Shown piece after piece: positions 41,836-54,200 of a DNA stretch of 64,000 nucleotides. The position numbers were made by a program, and so were the translations under genes. Below the pieces are notes generated by a model. It was not told the origin of the DNA and did not search any database. It saw only the letters and a list, made by a program, of their open reading frames with translations. Every line of letters begins with the position of its first letter. Within the stretch, counting starts at the first letter, position 1. Source of the stretch: Lepidodermella squamata (taxonomy: Eukaryota; Animalia; Gastrotricha); the NCBI GenBank assembly GCA_047495785.1, contig JBLDXI010000013.1, positions 1,426,001-1,490,000 of the forward strand, written 5' to 3'.

Positions 41836-42383
41836 GGGGTGTGCACAAACATTCATTTCTTTGCGCATATCGCAAAAAAATTCCCACGGCTTATTAATAT
41901 TTCATTTTTAAACGCTCACAAACTCGAATGTTTTTGTATTATTTGTTGTAAGCCAATGCTTTAAGAGGTCTCTTGTATTAGACAAAAAAAATATTGAACG
42001 AGATGGGGTTCGAACCTCGGCCGCCTGTCCATCACTCAGCGATTTTTACCACTAAGCAACAGAAGACAACTGTTATCTGTTCTCACTATTTCGTTCATAT
42101 TTTCCTTTGATGGGAGACTTCGAATTTTTCTATTACGGGAAAAAACTACACTCATAGTACTAGCTGTTTATAGCCTCACTTTATAGCGTGTTGGCGTAGT
42201 TGTTGAGCTTCATGCGTCTGCGGCCTATTAAAACTTGGCTTGCTACAAATGCAAAAACATTCGAGTTTGTGAACGTTTAAAAATGCAATAGTAATAGGAA
42301 TAAGGAAAAAAACATTTGCACAGCGTTAAATCATTGCTCTTTTTACTAACACTTTTTTCACGCCTGCTGTTTGTGCACACCCC
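41836..42383. mobile_element. MITE with GGGGTGTGCACAAACA TIRs, TAAA/TTAA flanks (Kolobok-like) and long sub-terminal inverted repeats
   Basis: GGGGTGTGCACAAACA at 41836 and TGTTTGTGCACACCCC ending at 42383. An inner IR pairs ~41891-41956 with ~42235-42296. Confidence 0.75.
41984..42059 (-). ncRNA. tRNA-derived Pol III cassette (A box, B box, oligo-T) inside the MITE; not a canonical tRNA
   Basis: Minus strand: TTGCTTAGTGGTAAAA...GAGGTTCGAACCCC...AATATTTTTTTT. I could not fold a convincing acceptor or anticodon stem. Confidence 0.55.
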
Positions 42384-42453
42384 TTAAGTTCGTTATAGAT
42401 TGAGAGATAGATACTTATATAGATATTATAGATATGTACAAGTTATAGATTGG

Positions 42454-45400
42454 ATGGCAGCTAAGTATACATCGGAGTTCAAGGAAAAGAAACAACTTGG
42501 ACGAGGATCTTTCGGTTGCGTTTGGCTTTGCGAGAGAAAACGTGGCGGTGCCGACTGCGTGGTCAAGATTGTTAATCTCAACGAAATACTGAGAAAGCGT
42601 CAAAATAACGATGGCGTCTTGCGCAAGGAGGCGTTGAAGCTCTTGAAACTGAGTCGCGAAGAGGTAATGCACCATTGAATTATAAATGCCTTACCATCAG
42701 ATTGCAATATTACAGCACAAGAAAATAGGAAGTATAAGCCATGAAAACATTGTGGCAATAATCGAAGCCTTTGAAGGTAAGTTCACGGTAAAAGAGCGGC
42801 TCAACGTGGACGAAGCAGTCCCTGGGCGAAAAGATGACTGCATCTACTACTTGGTCATGGAGTATTGCTCGAAAGGTGATATGGCGCAATACATCAAAGA
42901 ACAGAGAGTGAAGATTCCTGAGAAAGACCTTCGTTACTGGGCGCGGCAGTTAGTGTCGGCTGTTAGTGAAATTCACCGCTGCAAGGTCATTCATCGCGAC
43001 ATCAAGCCATCAAATATATATCTATGCGGGGACGGGAAAACTTTGAAGCTGGGCGACTTTGGCTTGGCTAAAATGCCTGAAGTCGGGTAAGGAATTGCAT
43101 CAGAAATTTTAAGTGCTCACTTGAATCGTCTACCTCTCATACAAGGTCGGAGAGCAGCACACTAATTGGCGCCGGTTCGCCTGCGTACAGAGCTCCGGAA
43201 ACCTTCAAAAACGAACGGTGTTCAGAAGCTAGTGACTGGTGGTCGCTAGGCGTGACGCTTTTCGAGTTTGCCAACTTTTACAAGCCTGTAAGTAATGTAC
43301 CTTCTGTAAACTCTTCTGAAAATTAAAGTTTGTATATTCACTGTGTTAATATAATACTGTTTTCTACGCAGTTTGTCACCGAGGAGGATATTAAATCGTA
43401 AGTTTGTACCCCTTTTACTCTCTTTCTATGTCCTTGAAGCTGAAATATCCCCATAGTCTAATAGGACAAATACAAAAATCATAAAATTCTACCTATCTAA
43501 ATACTCCAGAAATAAGCCAGTAGCCAGAAAAGTTTTTTCCTTATTTTTGTTCCGGAAATGGTCTGAAAAGACTTCACATTTCCCGCTGACCCCAAATTTC
43601 AGCAGATTCTTCACCCTTGAGCATTGTGCGCGTACAGTTCCCTAAAACGTCATCAAATTTTTTAAAATTTCTTCATTATGATGCCGTCAAGATATCTAAC
43701 GTTATTATGAGGACCCGATAAACAATGTTGGCGAACGGGGGCTGTGCGATTGTTCCTAATTTTCTGGGAATTTCGCAAACCTCCTATGATGGATTTTAGG
43801 AATTACAGTAGGGTAAGGTTACCTAATGTGTCGAATTTTTTCGACGGATTATCGAAGCCAAGACCTTAACTGAGGTCCCTGTCAAACAAAATCGGGCCGG
43901 GACCCCTCAGGTGAGTAGATATCGGGCCTCGGAAAAAAATAAGCAAAATTATGACACATTAGGTAACCTTACCCTAATGGACTACAGGGTGTTTCAGAAC
44001 TCGCGCACTACGAATAACCTGCGGCAAATGCGCGCGCTTTCCATGCTCGCGCACTGTTTTCAATTATATTTGCATAGATGCGCATGACAACACATTACTA
44101 TGTTAAGCCTATACATGAATGTACAGCACACATAACAGCACTGCCGTAGCTATTTTCTGGCGCAAAAACTTCGAGCCTCGATAAATTTGGGCTAAAAGCT
44201 TCATTAAATATCTTTTTTATTTCGAGGATGATGTCATGTTTTTCTGAAAAATGCTGGTTGATTAGGCTCGGAAGCTAAAGGTTTCAAAACAATTTCTCAA
44301 TTTCCGTGGCTGGATATTTCAGAAACTGATGATTTCTGAGAAAATTCTGATATTACTTGAAGTTGAATTAGTCGATGTAAATCGTTAGTTGATTAGTCTC
44401 CTGCCTTTGTATGAACATTTCTTTCACGTCGCACAAATGCAAGGCACCGACTGCACTAGTGGAGAAAAATGAAGTAGTTTAAACCACTGGCAAATTTTCT
44501 ACATCGAGCGAAGACAGAAAATCAAGGTTTGCAGTTCATTTCGTGGACTTAACGTAGCAATTTGGTTTCGTGGATAACTATTACAAATTTCCACGAAATC
44601 ATAGCAAAAAAATCTAGGACAAAATGATGAAGGATAAAGAAATAAAAATTCGTGGCTGGAATTTTCAAAATCTTCTGAAACACCAAGAAAACGTGAAAAA
44701 TTGGCGTTTTCCAGCTTTCAGGCTCCTCCATCATCTCCAAAAAACCGAGGATGGTAATTGCATTTTTTCATATTACTAAACAGCCAAAGGGCTGCTCTAC
44801 ATGGCTGGTTGGAAGCGCCGAAAATCTAACCACGGTAATCACAAAGGGGCGCAAGTCAAATGTCGCAGTAAAAGGCCGTTTTTAGCTGGAATCAGGTCAT
44901 CTTTACTGCCCTGTTTCTTGAAAACCTGTGGATGGAATTTCGATTTCTTGGCATCGTTAGATAGCCTGAAACCTAATCTACAAGGCTGGTTGGAAGTGCC
45001 GAAAGTGTATCCACGAATTGTTTTCGTTAGAGTGAATATTAATGAATTCAAATTTTTGAAAGCAAACCAGCTGGATCAAACCCACTAGTTGAAATAACGT
45101 TCGCAATATTTGTTTTGCAAATTCGAAATTAATTCCCGTATTTCCCCGAATAGAGGCCCGGTCTCAAATACACGCCCATGGGCTTATATTCCGGGGTGGG
45201 CCTTAATTCAGGTACAAAAATCGATGTTAACAATCGATGTTAATCGATCTTATATCAATGCATCAAAATACTGTCATTATAAATTCTACTCAAATTTTGC
45301 TGGAAATGTATAAGGAAATGATGTCGGTTAGAGCTGGAGCCAGGATTGGTCACGTAGACTCTCCGAGACGAGATCCAATTGGCATACTCCAGCTCTAGAG

Positions 45401-47732
45401 TCTATTCTAAGTCTATTCATAGCTTGGCTTGGCTATCTTCCTCTATTTCGAGACTCTAGTATCACTTAGGGTGTGTTCAAAAAGTCTCAGCGCCATTGAT
45501 GCGCATTCTTAATTACCAGCATTGTTCTCTCATTGCGCAATAGTGTTTCAACGAAACTTGAACTTATATTCGTTGATATCGCAGTCTAACGCGGAAAGCT
45601 AATTCACCTCGGGAAATTATTTTAATATCGCAATAAATTCTGGGAAAATGTTTAGGAATTTGCGCCCTCTCTTCAAGTTTGATTTTTTTAGGGTAAATTT
45701 TTTATCATCCAAGGTAAATTTCGAGGGAGGGGTGGTATCGAGAGATTTTCAACCCGTTTTTTGGTTTACGAAGATAGAGAACAATCTAGAATCTAGACCT
45801 CCACATTGTCGCCGCGATCACGGCATAAATTATACATGCTGCGAAAATTTGCAGTCGTGAAAAAGTGTAATCCATGTATAGAGAGCGAGTCCACCTCCCA
45901 TCTCAATTTTCGGTCTTGCTGAACCAATCGTTCGCCACTGCTCGACTAAAAACTCTATTTTCTTGCGTTTAATGAGAATTTGTTGCGTTGCAGAAGGAAG
46001 CCGAAGCCATTTCGCGAAAGACAACACTATTCGGAGGAATTCCAAGACTTCGTTTACTCGATGCTGAATAAGGACAACAAAAGGCGAGCAGGCGGAACGC
46101 TCCTCCTTCAAAGCCCTATATTCTTTGAAGAACAAATTGACAACGCGTCAACTAAATACATTAAGCTCATATGGAAGGTACACCTTGGTTATTTCCAGTT
46201 TTTTCAGGTTTCAAATTGCCTTTCAGGTCCTTTCCGGGCGAGCAAAATTTGTGGAAATCGATTTAGCTCGGTTTGAAACATATCTATCGAATACTCAGCG
46301 AAGACTTCTCGAATACTACAACATTGACGCGAACGTTAAGGATGAGGACGGCTTGAATTTGCTGATGGCTGCAGCTCAGAAAGGGCAAAATAGGCTATTG
46401 GAACTTCTGTTGGAAAAATTTGTGAATTTGGACCTTGAAGCTGTTGACGCGATGGGCAGGACAGCGCTTTGCATCGCAGCACAATTTGGCAATGCTGAAG
46501 CAGTTTGGATTTTGGCCAGGAAAGTACCCGCGCATGTAGAGCGTGCTCAAAAAAACGATTCTACGCCATTATATATGGCATTGGTTAACGGGCACGCTAG
46601 AGTCGTAGGTATACTTGTGACGGAGTTCGAAGCCAACGCAAACACTGGTCGCACTGGTTTAATCCCACTGCACACTGCCTGTGTACTCGGCAATGTTCCC
46701 GTCGTTGAAAACCTACTGCGAGCAAAAAACATCGATATCAACGCGAAAAACGAGTTGCAACGATCCGCGCTGCATATCGCCGCGCAGCTGGGCCTCGCAG
46801 ACATTGTTGAACTACTTGCGAACGAGAATACTGTGAATGAAACCGACTGTTTTGACTTGACGCCGCTACATCTAGCTGTGGAACATGGCTCATGTGTAAC
46901 TGCGCGCATTCTAGCCAGTCATAACGGAGTCAATGTAAATGCAGCTGATAAAGATGGTTGGACACCGATGCACTTCGCTTCTAGGGTGGGCAATGTTAAA
47001 TTGGTCAGAATGCTAGTCAACTGTGGTGCAAGCGTAAACGTATCTAGTCGAGATGGTTCTACGCCACTGTCCGTCGCTGTGAAGGAGGGAAACACGGAAC
47101 TGGTGGAGACTCTTGCCAGAGATTTGGGGGCGAACGTCAATGCCGTTGGAACGGATGGCTCGACACCACTGCACATTGCAGCGCGAGAAGGCAAGTGCGA
47201 TGTTGTGCTATGTCTTGCTGGCAGGTGCAATGCGGATGTGGATGCTGCCAACTTGAGCGGCGCGACGCCGTTGTATATCGCGGCGCGTAATGAGCACGTG
47301 GAAATCGTTAGAATTCTCGTCCGTTCCCTTGGGGCCAACGTCAATGCCGTGGAAAATGATGGTTGGACGCCGATGCATGTCGCCTCACAGATAGGCAAAG
47401 TTGAGATCGTGGAAATTCTTGCTGGATTTCGAGCAGATGTGGATGCTAGGGATAAAGATGGCTGGACACCCTTGCACCTAGCAGTTCAAATGGGAAATAC
47501 TGATATTGTGTCATTTCTTGCAGACATATGTACGGCGAACTTGAATGCGGTGAACTCAGACGGCTCGACGGCATTGCACATCGCCGCTGAAAATGGACGA
47601 ACCGAAGTCGTCAGGCTTCTGGTCGATTATGACACTTTGAACGTAGATACTGTTGATTTACATGGATTTACACCGTTGCAGTTGGCAAATCTTAATAATC
47701 ATGCCGAAATTTCTCAAATTCTTTCACGTTAA
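42454..47732 (+). CDS. NEK-like Ser/Thr kinase fused to 14 ankyrin repeats, about 817 aa. Exons 42454-42663, 42701-43086, 43146-43287, 43372-43397, 45994-46177, 46227-47732
   Basis: Kinase motifs LGRGSFG, VVK, LVMEYCSKGD, HRDIKPSN, DFGLAK, GSPAYRAPE, SDWWSLG and YSEEFQDFVYSMLNKDNKRR. The last exon has 14 G-x-T-P-L-H-type repeats. All junctions are GT-AG and the total length (2454 nt) is in frame. Confidence 0.85.
43809..43976. mobile_element. Small MITE (168 bp) in kinase intron 4
   Basis: Perfect 24-bp inverted repeat TAGGGTAAGGTTACCTAATGTGTC ... GACACATTAGGTAACCTTACCCTA. Confidence 0.8.
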
Positions 47733-48251
47733 AGGTTCTCAAAAGGTTTAAAGGATGCATACGCTGATTCAGAAGATGATATTTAGTTGAAATAAAAACT
47801 GGCGAAGTATTCTGATATTTGTGAGGTGATATTGTTGTTATAATGACGAATTTACATTTGTATGGTATAACATGAGTAAAGAGTTCATATCTGAACGGAG
47901 CCGGCCGAGATTTACGAATCGAAACGAGCCGTGGGCGGAGCCTCGTCAACATGACCAAATTGAGTGCTACGGCCAGCTGTTGCCCTAAAAACCGTATAGC
48001 CTCGACTCGCTCGACTATACAAAAATGCAGCCGTATAGGATATCAATTATTTTCTGTGATGACCTCACCCTACCTAGGATCAGCCTCTGCTTACGCGAAG
48101 CTTGCGCTAGCCCACCGGCTGACAACGCAACCTTTGCATTTCAGCATTTCAGCCCGCTCGGTAGAAACTGACCCTCACCTAGAAACTGACGATCGATTGA
48201 CCAATAGGCGTGCGCATTAGATTGGACTTTTAAGTGGTCACACAATGCCCT

Positions 48252-48401
48252 GTCGTCAATATTCAGATCAGTTTTTAGGGCGACCCCGAAGCCGCCCTCG
48301 TCACCTTTGCCAACCACTCAGATTCGCTGGAAGCGTATCGCTGTGCCCAGCCGCTTTTAACAACCGCTTTATTCGCGTGTTCTGGCATCGCAAGGAGCCT
48401 C

Positions 48402-48441
<40 letters not shown>

Positions 48442-49593
48442 CGGACAGGCTCAACCAGAGGCGAAACGGCCGGATTCATGGCTGTGGGCGGTGGCGCTGC
48501 TACTCCTGTTGATCAGGCGATGGGTGCTCAATCGGATGGCAATGTGCAATCGCCGACTGGTGCTGTCCAGGCGGCTGGCCCGAAACCTCCGCCGCGCGGT
48601 AAGCTCCGGATCGACCACGTCGGTGAAGAAAAAGCGGTAACAATTTCGTAAAAATCATCGATTCGATTGCATAAATGTATTCTCCACAGAAAGTGGCAGA
48701 GGCTCGAAAACGCCGTCGCCGTTGCTGGCAAATTATTTGGAAATGCGAAAGGTAATTGTTGATTTACGTCGAAAATGTTGATAATTTTAAACTGATTTAC
48801 AGAGCCTTGCTGAGAATTAGCTGTCGCAACAACTGACAGTGTTAAAGGGGAAATCAGCGCGGTGAGTAGCTTATATAATACTAGAAATTGTTGTTATTAG
48901 TTCGGTTCTCGTATTATAGACTCTGAAAACTGTCGATGACAAAATCGCTGCATTGAAGATCGAACTCGACCTGGCCAGAGCCGATTAAAAACAAAAAACA
49001 GCAGCGGCTGGCGGTGCCACTGGTGGGCAACCAGGCGCCAGCAGATCACACTGGGCGCGTCGGCTGGAGACGCAGGCGCTGATCCGGCAAAAGCAAAGCC
49101 GAATAAAGCCTCTTTCATTGTCGACCGCCGGCCCAAACCGCTGTTAGTATTAGATTTTAAAAATTATTGGAAAATTTATTAAATTTTTTGCTAATGATAG
49201 GTTGATCACTCAAGTGACCGGGTTGGATGCGAGCAACTTGCGAGCCCATTTCGGACTGTTTTGCTCGGTCGACGGCGTCGAGCTGTCCAGTCAAGGCTTT
49301 CATCGTTACGTTCTCGACGCGACGCGATGCCGAGGTGGCGAAGGCGCGCGGGCTCGTGTTTCTCGGCCAGCAAGTGCCTCTTTGCGTGGCACCAACAGCA
49401 GCAACAGCCCAGTTTCCCTACCAGCCACAATAGCGGTGGTGGTGGCGTTGGTGGTAACCAACAGGGCGCGAAGGAGCCGCCATCGGACGATGCGGCGAAA
49501 CAGCAGTCGGAGAAGACGCTGTTCCACGACGGAGACGTCTCGGACTGCCAAGACAAGCAGGCGCAGGCGCTGCACGCCATCGAGGCGAACTGA
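48252..49593 (+). pseudogene. RBM26/RBM27-like pseudogene fragment (RRM1 C-terminal half, coiled-coil region, RRM2)
   Basis: VVNIQISF*GDPEAALVTFANH, then a frameshift into FNNRFIRVFWHR (RBM26 RRM1: GDPEGALIQF...LNNRFIKVYWHR). Later FIVDRRPKPL, NLRAHF, a frameshift into IVTFSTRRDAEVAKARG, and another into FAW. It has an in-frame stop, at least three frameshifts, intron-like gaps and no N-terminus. Confidence 0.75.
48403..48439 (+). repeat. (CAG)n microsatellite (poly-Q tract of the pseudogene)
   Basis: About 12 consecutive CAG units. Confidence 0.9.
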
Positions 49594-51274
49594 CAATGCT
49601 GCTATGAATGGAACTTTCAGAATTCTCGCTCTTGTGCTACTATTCGTCATCGGAACCACTTGGGAGTGATTGTCGATTTCATCCAATGATTGAATTTTAG
49701 TTCGTTTTATAATATAATAATATATTATAATATATATTTATACTGAATGTTAAATAATAAAATATCTCTTCTCAACAATCAATTTCGTTATAGAGATCCT
49801 GCAAAAAGGCTCCGATTATCACAATAAATTTGAATGGGTTGCTCGCCTTTCAACGTTTCACGAGGCAACGAATGTGATTCACATCGCGCTGATTACCTGG
49901 AAAAGAGATTTGGACAATTGAAGGACATGGGAAAAGTATGAAGTAAGGAGATTGAAAATTAACTTCGTATTGGCGCAAATTTGTGAAATTATTCCGCTTT
50001 TCTTGGCAAAAATTATGCGGTTACTTTTTAAATCCATCGTTAGGCGATGCATGTAATTGCGATCAGATACGCCCCAACTAGTGTCACGCTTCGCGAGATA
50101 CCCAGAGCACTGATTTTTGTTCCATTATTTTAGGGAAAATAAGAATATAATAGACTTGCCAGTGGACTAGAACAGCTTCATTTTTCCAAAGATATAAATT
50201 CCAAGATATAAATTTTCCAAAATTTCAGACCCGAAAAATTCGAAAAATCACTTCCTTAATTCGAAATTTTGAATTCGGTATACGGCGATCGCAGCTAGGT
50301 AGCTCAGACGCATAGCTTTGATGATTTTTTGAGTTTTTAAATCTAGTCATCGCGCTATTATTTGTATGCTTTTTGCTGGGAAATCGCGTGCCTAATAACT
50401 TGTTTGCTTCATGACCCGGCGTCGCCCGGTCTCAAAAGGCCGGGCGTTACGGGCTGCCCGGGAAGTGCGGGAAATCAGAGAAAATGGCTGAAGGCTCTAC
50501 GGACGACTCGGGCGAGTCGGGCAGTAGAAAAATATGGGCAGTGCCCGGCTTATTTGCGTTCGGGTAGGCCGTGCTGAATATAAAAATACACCCTTACGAT
50601 CACACTATGTTACCCTTCCTGTTTTTATGAGAAAATTTCAGAATAAACAAGCCTCGTTTCAAAACATAGCCCACCACTATGGGCACGTGGAATAGAGCCG
50701 GGTTAAAAATCTGACGCCAGGACATAGCTGGCAACAGGGTGCAATCGCGAGCTTTAGTCACAAAACCGGGCACGTGTTAACATTTGTAACAACATTTGAA
50801 ACAAATCATGAACTCTAAAAGATATTATCATCCCACAACTTTTTTTTCTGTCTGCTCAAATGCGCCTCAGTAGCAAGTCGTCGACGCGTAACATCGTATT
50901 TTTTGCGTACGCGCACAACGCATTCAAGCGCGCCATTACAGCCTATACTCATTGTGAGAATTAGCAGATTATACCAGAGGGCGGGTCATTTCACACTTCA
51001 CCACGAATTCCTGCCATTTTTATGTTTATTTTAGAGCACAGCCGAAAGCAGAGTGAATAATGCGCGAAGAAAGATTGCATTGCTAGATTATTATTATGAA
51101 ATAACAATAGTAACTGCCCTGTCGATCACTTGACAGATTGAGACACTTGTGCTACAGCCGCGCCTTCACACCTTTATATCTCGCCCGTTCTACACAAAAC
51201 TATTACGACCTTGCAACTTTATTATTTCAATTTTCGTCTTCTTTTTCGGAGGATTTTAGGCAGCTTTTCCGAAA

Positions 51275-54200
51275 ATGATGGTGACAGCGTCTCCCGCTGA
51301 GGCCGAACTGCCGCCGTTATCGCAATCTACGCTGGAAGAAAACGAACTGGAACACGTATTTAAGGTGGTTGAACGCGACGAGGAGCTTCGACGAATCGAA
51401 TGCCAACGCCTGGAACAGCTAAGATCACAACTCGGTGTGGTTTTCTCGATTGAGCAAGCGTATGCTGATGCAAAATTGGTGGATCAAACGAATGATGAAT
51501 CATCAGAAGCCCCGGCTGGTGGCAATGCCGTGGTCGCAGCTGACAAAGTGGTGCTAAACTGCATTGTGTGTTCTGAAAAATTCGGCATCATTTTCAACCG
51601 TCGCAAGGACTGCTTCGTTTGCAAGCTGTTCGTGTGCTCAAGTTGCTGCATTATCATTCTCAGCGGCAAGACAAAGCTGCGTCTTTGCAAAGTTTGCGAA
51701 CGAAGAAGGTATAGAGTTATTATAGCGATTTACCTTTTCTCCCAATTTAAAAAAATTCAATAGATTTCTGAAGGAGCGAGCTTTCCAGTGGTTTTATTAC
51801 TGTCTCAAACAGCGTTTTCCGGAAGCTAAATTCGGCGCTGAGTGGCTGAAAAAGTGTTACAATCACTGCAAAAAGACGGTTGAATTCGGTGGCCAGACCG
51901 ACCCCGAGTTATTGGCACCAGCCGATTGCAGCGACGGGCGACACTTCGAGACGTTGTGGTGCAAAATTACGAAAGACGCCTCTACGATGCCTGAGGTTTT
52001 CGGCGAGTTGGTCGCCAGTAAACCGGACACGATTTCACTCCGCGATCATTGCGAGCTGGAACTTGTCAACGATCTAGCAACCTTGACTAACGAGGTTAAA
52101 AATCTCTTGGACAAAATCGACCCCGAGGAATACGGTAAATTTGGCGAATACGGTTAATAAGGGTGGCTGAGCGAGCGTCGCAAAGAAAATGAGCTTAAGG
52201 CTAAAGTCGCAATTTCAAGTGCGTTGTAGCTTAATCGCGTATTATGCAGGGATTTCACGTTGTAAGTCGCGCAAACGCGTGTATCGTCGCAACTGTCGCA
52301 AAATCAAAGGCGAGTTTAGCAATGGTAATAAAAACATTAGCGCTATGATTATGGTTAATTTTGCACGAAAACTTCCTTTTTTTGAGGAAGCACGGATGAG
52401 GCGCGTGCCGCCAATGATTATTTTTATTAATTGCGACATTTCGGCGGTCTCGCGGCAGTACAAGGCCAATAATGTCTCTACTTGATTTTTCGAAATTCAC
52501 GATGTCTATAGGTATCTTATTATTGTGCGCGCCTAATCCTTTACTCTAAGCCTAATCCACGTCCCAGCGGCCAGCGGACCAAATTTTAGCGGACCAGTGT
52601 TCCGAACTAGGTTGGAGGTGTGCCATATGACTAGTCGATTCCACCTAAAACGTGCCATCTGATGAACCCCTAAGCTTCCCTAAGTTCATCAGTCTCACTT
52701 CGGTGGTTTCAAACATCCAAGTATTATTAGAACTCGATTTGGTCCGCTAGGCTGTGTCCGCTGACTTCAACTAACCTGGAGTTTTTGGAACTCAGCTGAC
52801 CCAGAGTTGGCGGACCACTCCAATTAAGGCCTTTGATCTCAAGCGATGCGCCACACCTTGTTACACGTGGCACCAAAGTGGCAAACTTCGATAGTGTCAC
52901 CGCTTAAGGGACAATTAGTGTGGTCCGCGAAAAATGGTCCGCTGAACTCAACGACGTGCCTTATCCGCGCTAACCCCACCCGCGAACATGTCTATAGGTT
53001 AATTGGAACTCACCGCGCCCTTCGAGCTTCCACGTGTTGCTGTCTAAACAACAGGGGCGTGTAGAAGCCACCGCGGGGCAATAGAGCCCCTCCGCTTTAT
53101 AACACATTCGCCAAATCACGGCTAACTTCCAAATTGATGAAGAAATTGACGTTAAATGACAGGCGCGCGTTACATAAGCAGCGCTCACGAGTTGACGCGC
53201 ACACTGCCTAACGGGCCACATCGCGCGCCTCACCGCACCAACAACAGCGCGTCGCGACCTCTTTTTTTATCTGCTACCTGCGCGCGCACTTATTTGTTGA
53301 CTTGCTAATTGTGTGCGCAATTTTGAAAGTTAACCACGCGCAGACACGCGCACTCCAGCCTAACTTTTTGTGCTGATTCTGAGTATCTAATTTGTTTTCA
53401 GATATTACTGATATTTTTTCTTGAATTGCACTTTTCGATATTATAGCTTACTAAAATGACAATTAACTTTTGACGTGATAAGAAAATAGGCGCGCCTCCT
53501 ATTTGCTGCTAGGAATTTTCCAACCAACAGCAACGTTGTTGCAATTCCTTACCGAAAACTACTATTTCCTAGCGTTTTTTGCCGCTTTCCTACCGAACAT
53601 TTCCTAACTTCGCCAAAATTTCCTGCACAGCCACTGCGCCATTTCTACATGTTTTGCAGCTCTGCTTTTTACTGAGCAAAAATATTATTGATTCATAAAG
53701 ATATTGAAACCACTGATGTTTTAACCAGCCACTAGCCATTCACACCACACTACACCATAGTTTGCATGACTATTTCGAAAGTATAAACAATAATGCTCTA
53801 CTTCGTTTGCAGCGAAATTTGCTTTTAACGAACTTGGGACCAAATGGTAGGGGCATATTCTTACCGTCTCATCTGGTCCCGTCTTGAGCTTAAAACGTTT
53901 CAAGCCCGTTGGATGGAAGACCGCCTTGTAGGGCGAATCCAACGTAAACGTAGATATAGATTGTAACTTCTTAAATACGCCAGAACGTCACCTCCGACAT
54001 GTTTCGGCTTTATTAGGCCATCTTCAGGTTCTAACAACAAATTTGTATTCTCAACATACTGTTCCAATGCAAGCGTTAAGGCAAGTATTACCTGCTTTCG
54101 TCACTAATCATGAACAACAGGAGTAAAAATGCTGTCAGTCGTAAGTGTCTAGAACTAACATGATCTATATCAACAAAAATAGTAAAATATAGACTTTGAA

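Noticed and set aside
41984-42059. Functional tRNA gene
   Set aside because: A and B boxes are present but I could not build a cloverleaf. Kept only as a tRNA-derived cassette.
46919-47398. Antisense ORFs over the ankyrin exon (and similar shadow ORFs over other exons)
   Set aside because: Typical reverse-frame shadows of real coding sequence.
50410-50432. Helitron-like 3' hairpin (minus strand CCGGGCGACGCCGGG) as the capture vehicle for the RBM26 fragment
   Set aside because: It lacks the terminal CTRR, and its orientation points away from the pseudogene.
52659-52692. CTGATGA motif as a third hammerhead
   Set aside because: It is one arm of a simple hairpin (CTGATGAAC..GTTCATCAG) with no correctly placed GAAA/UH.
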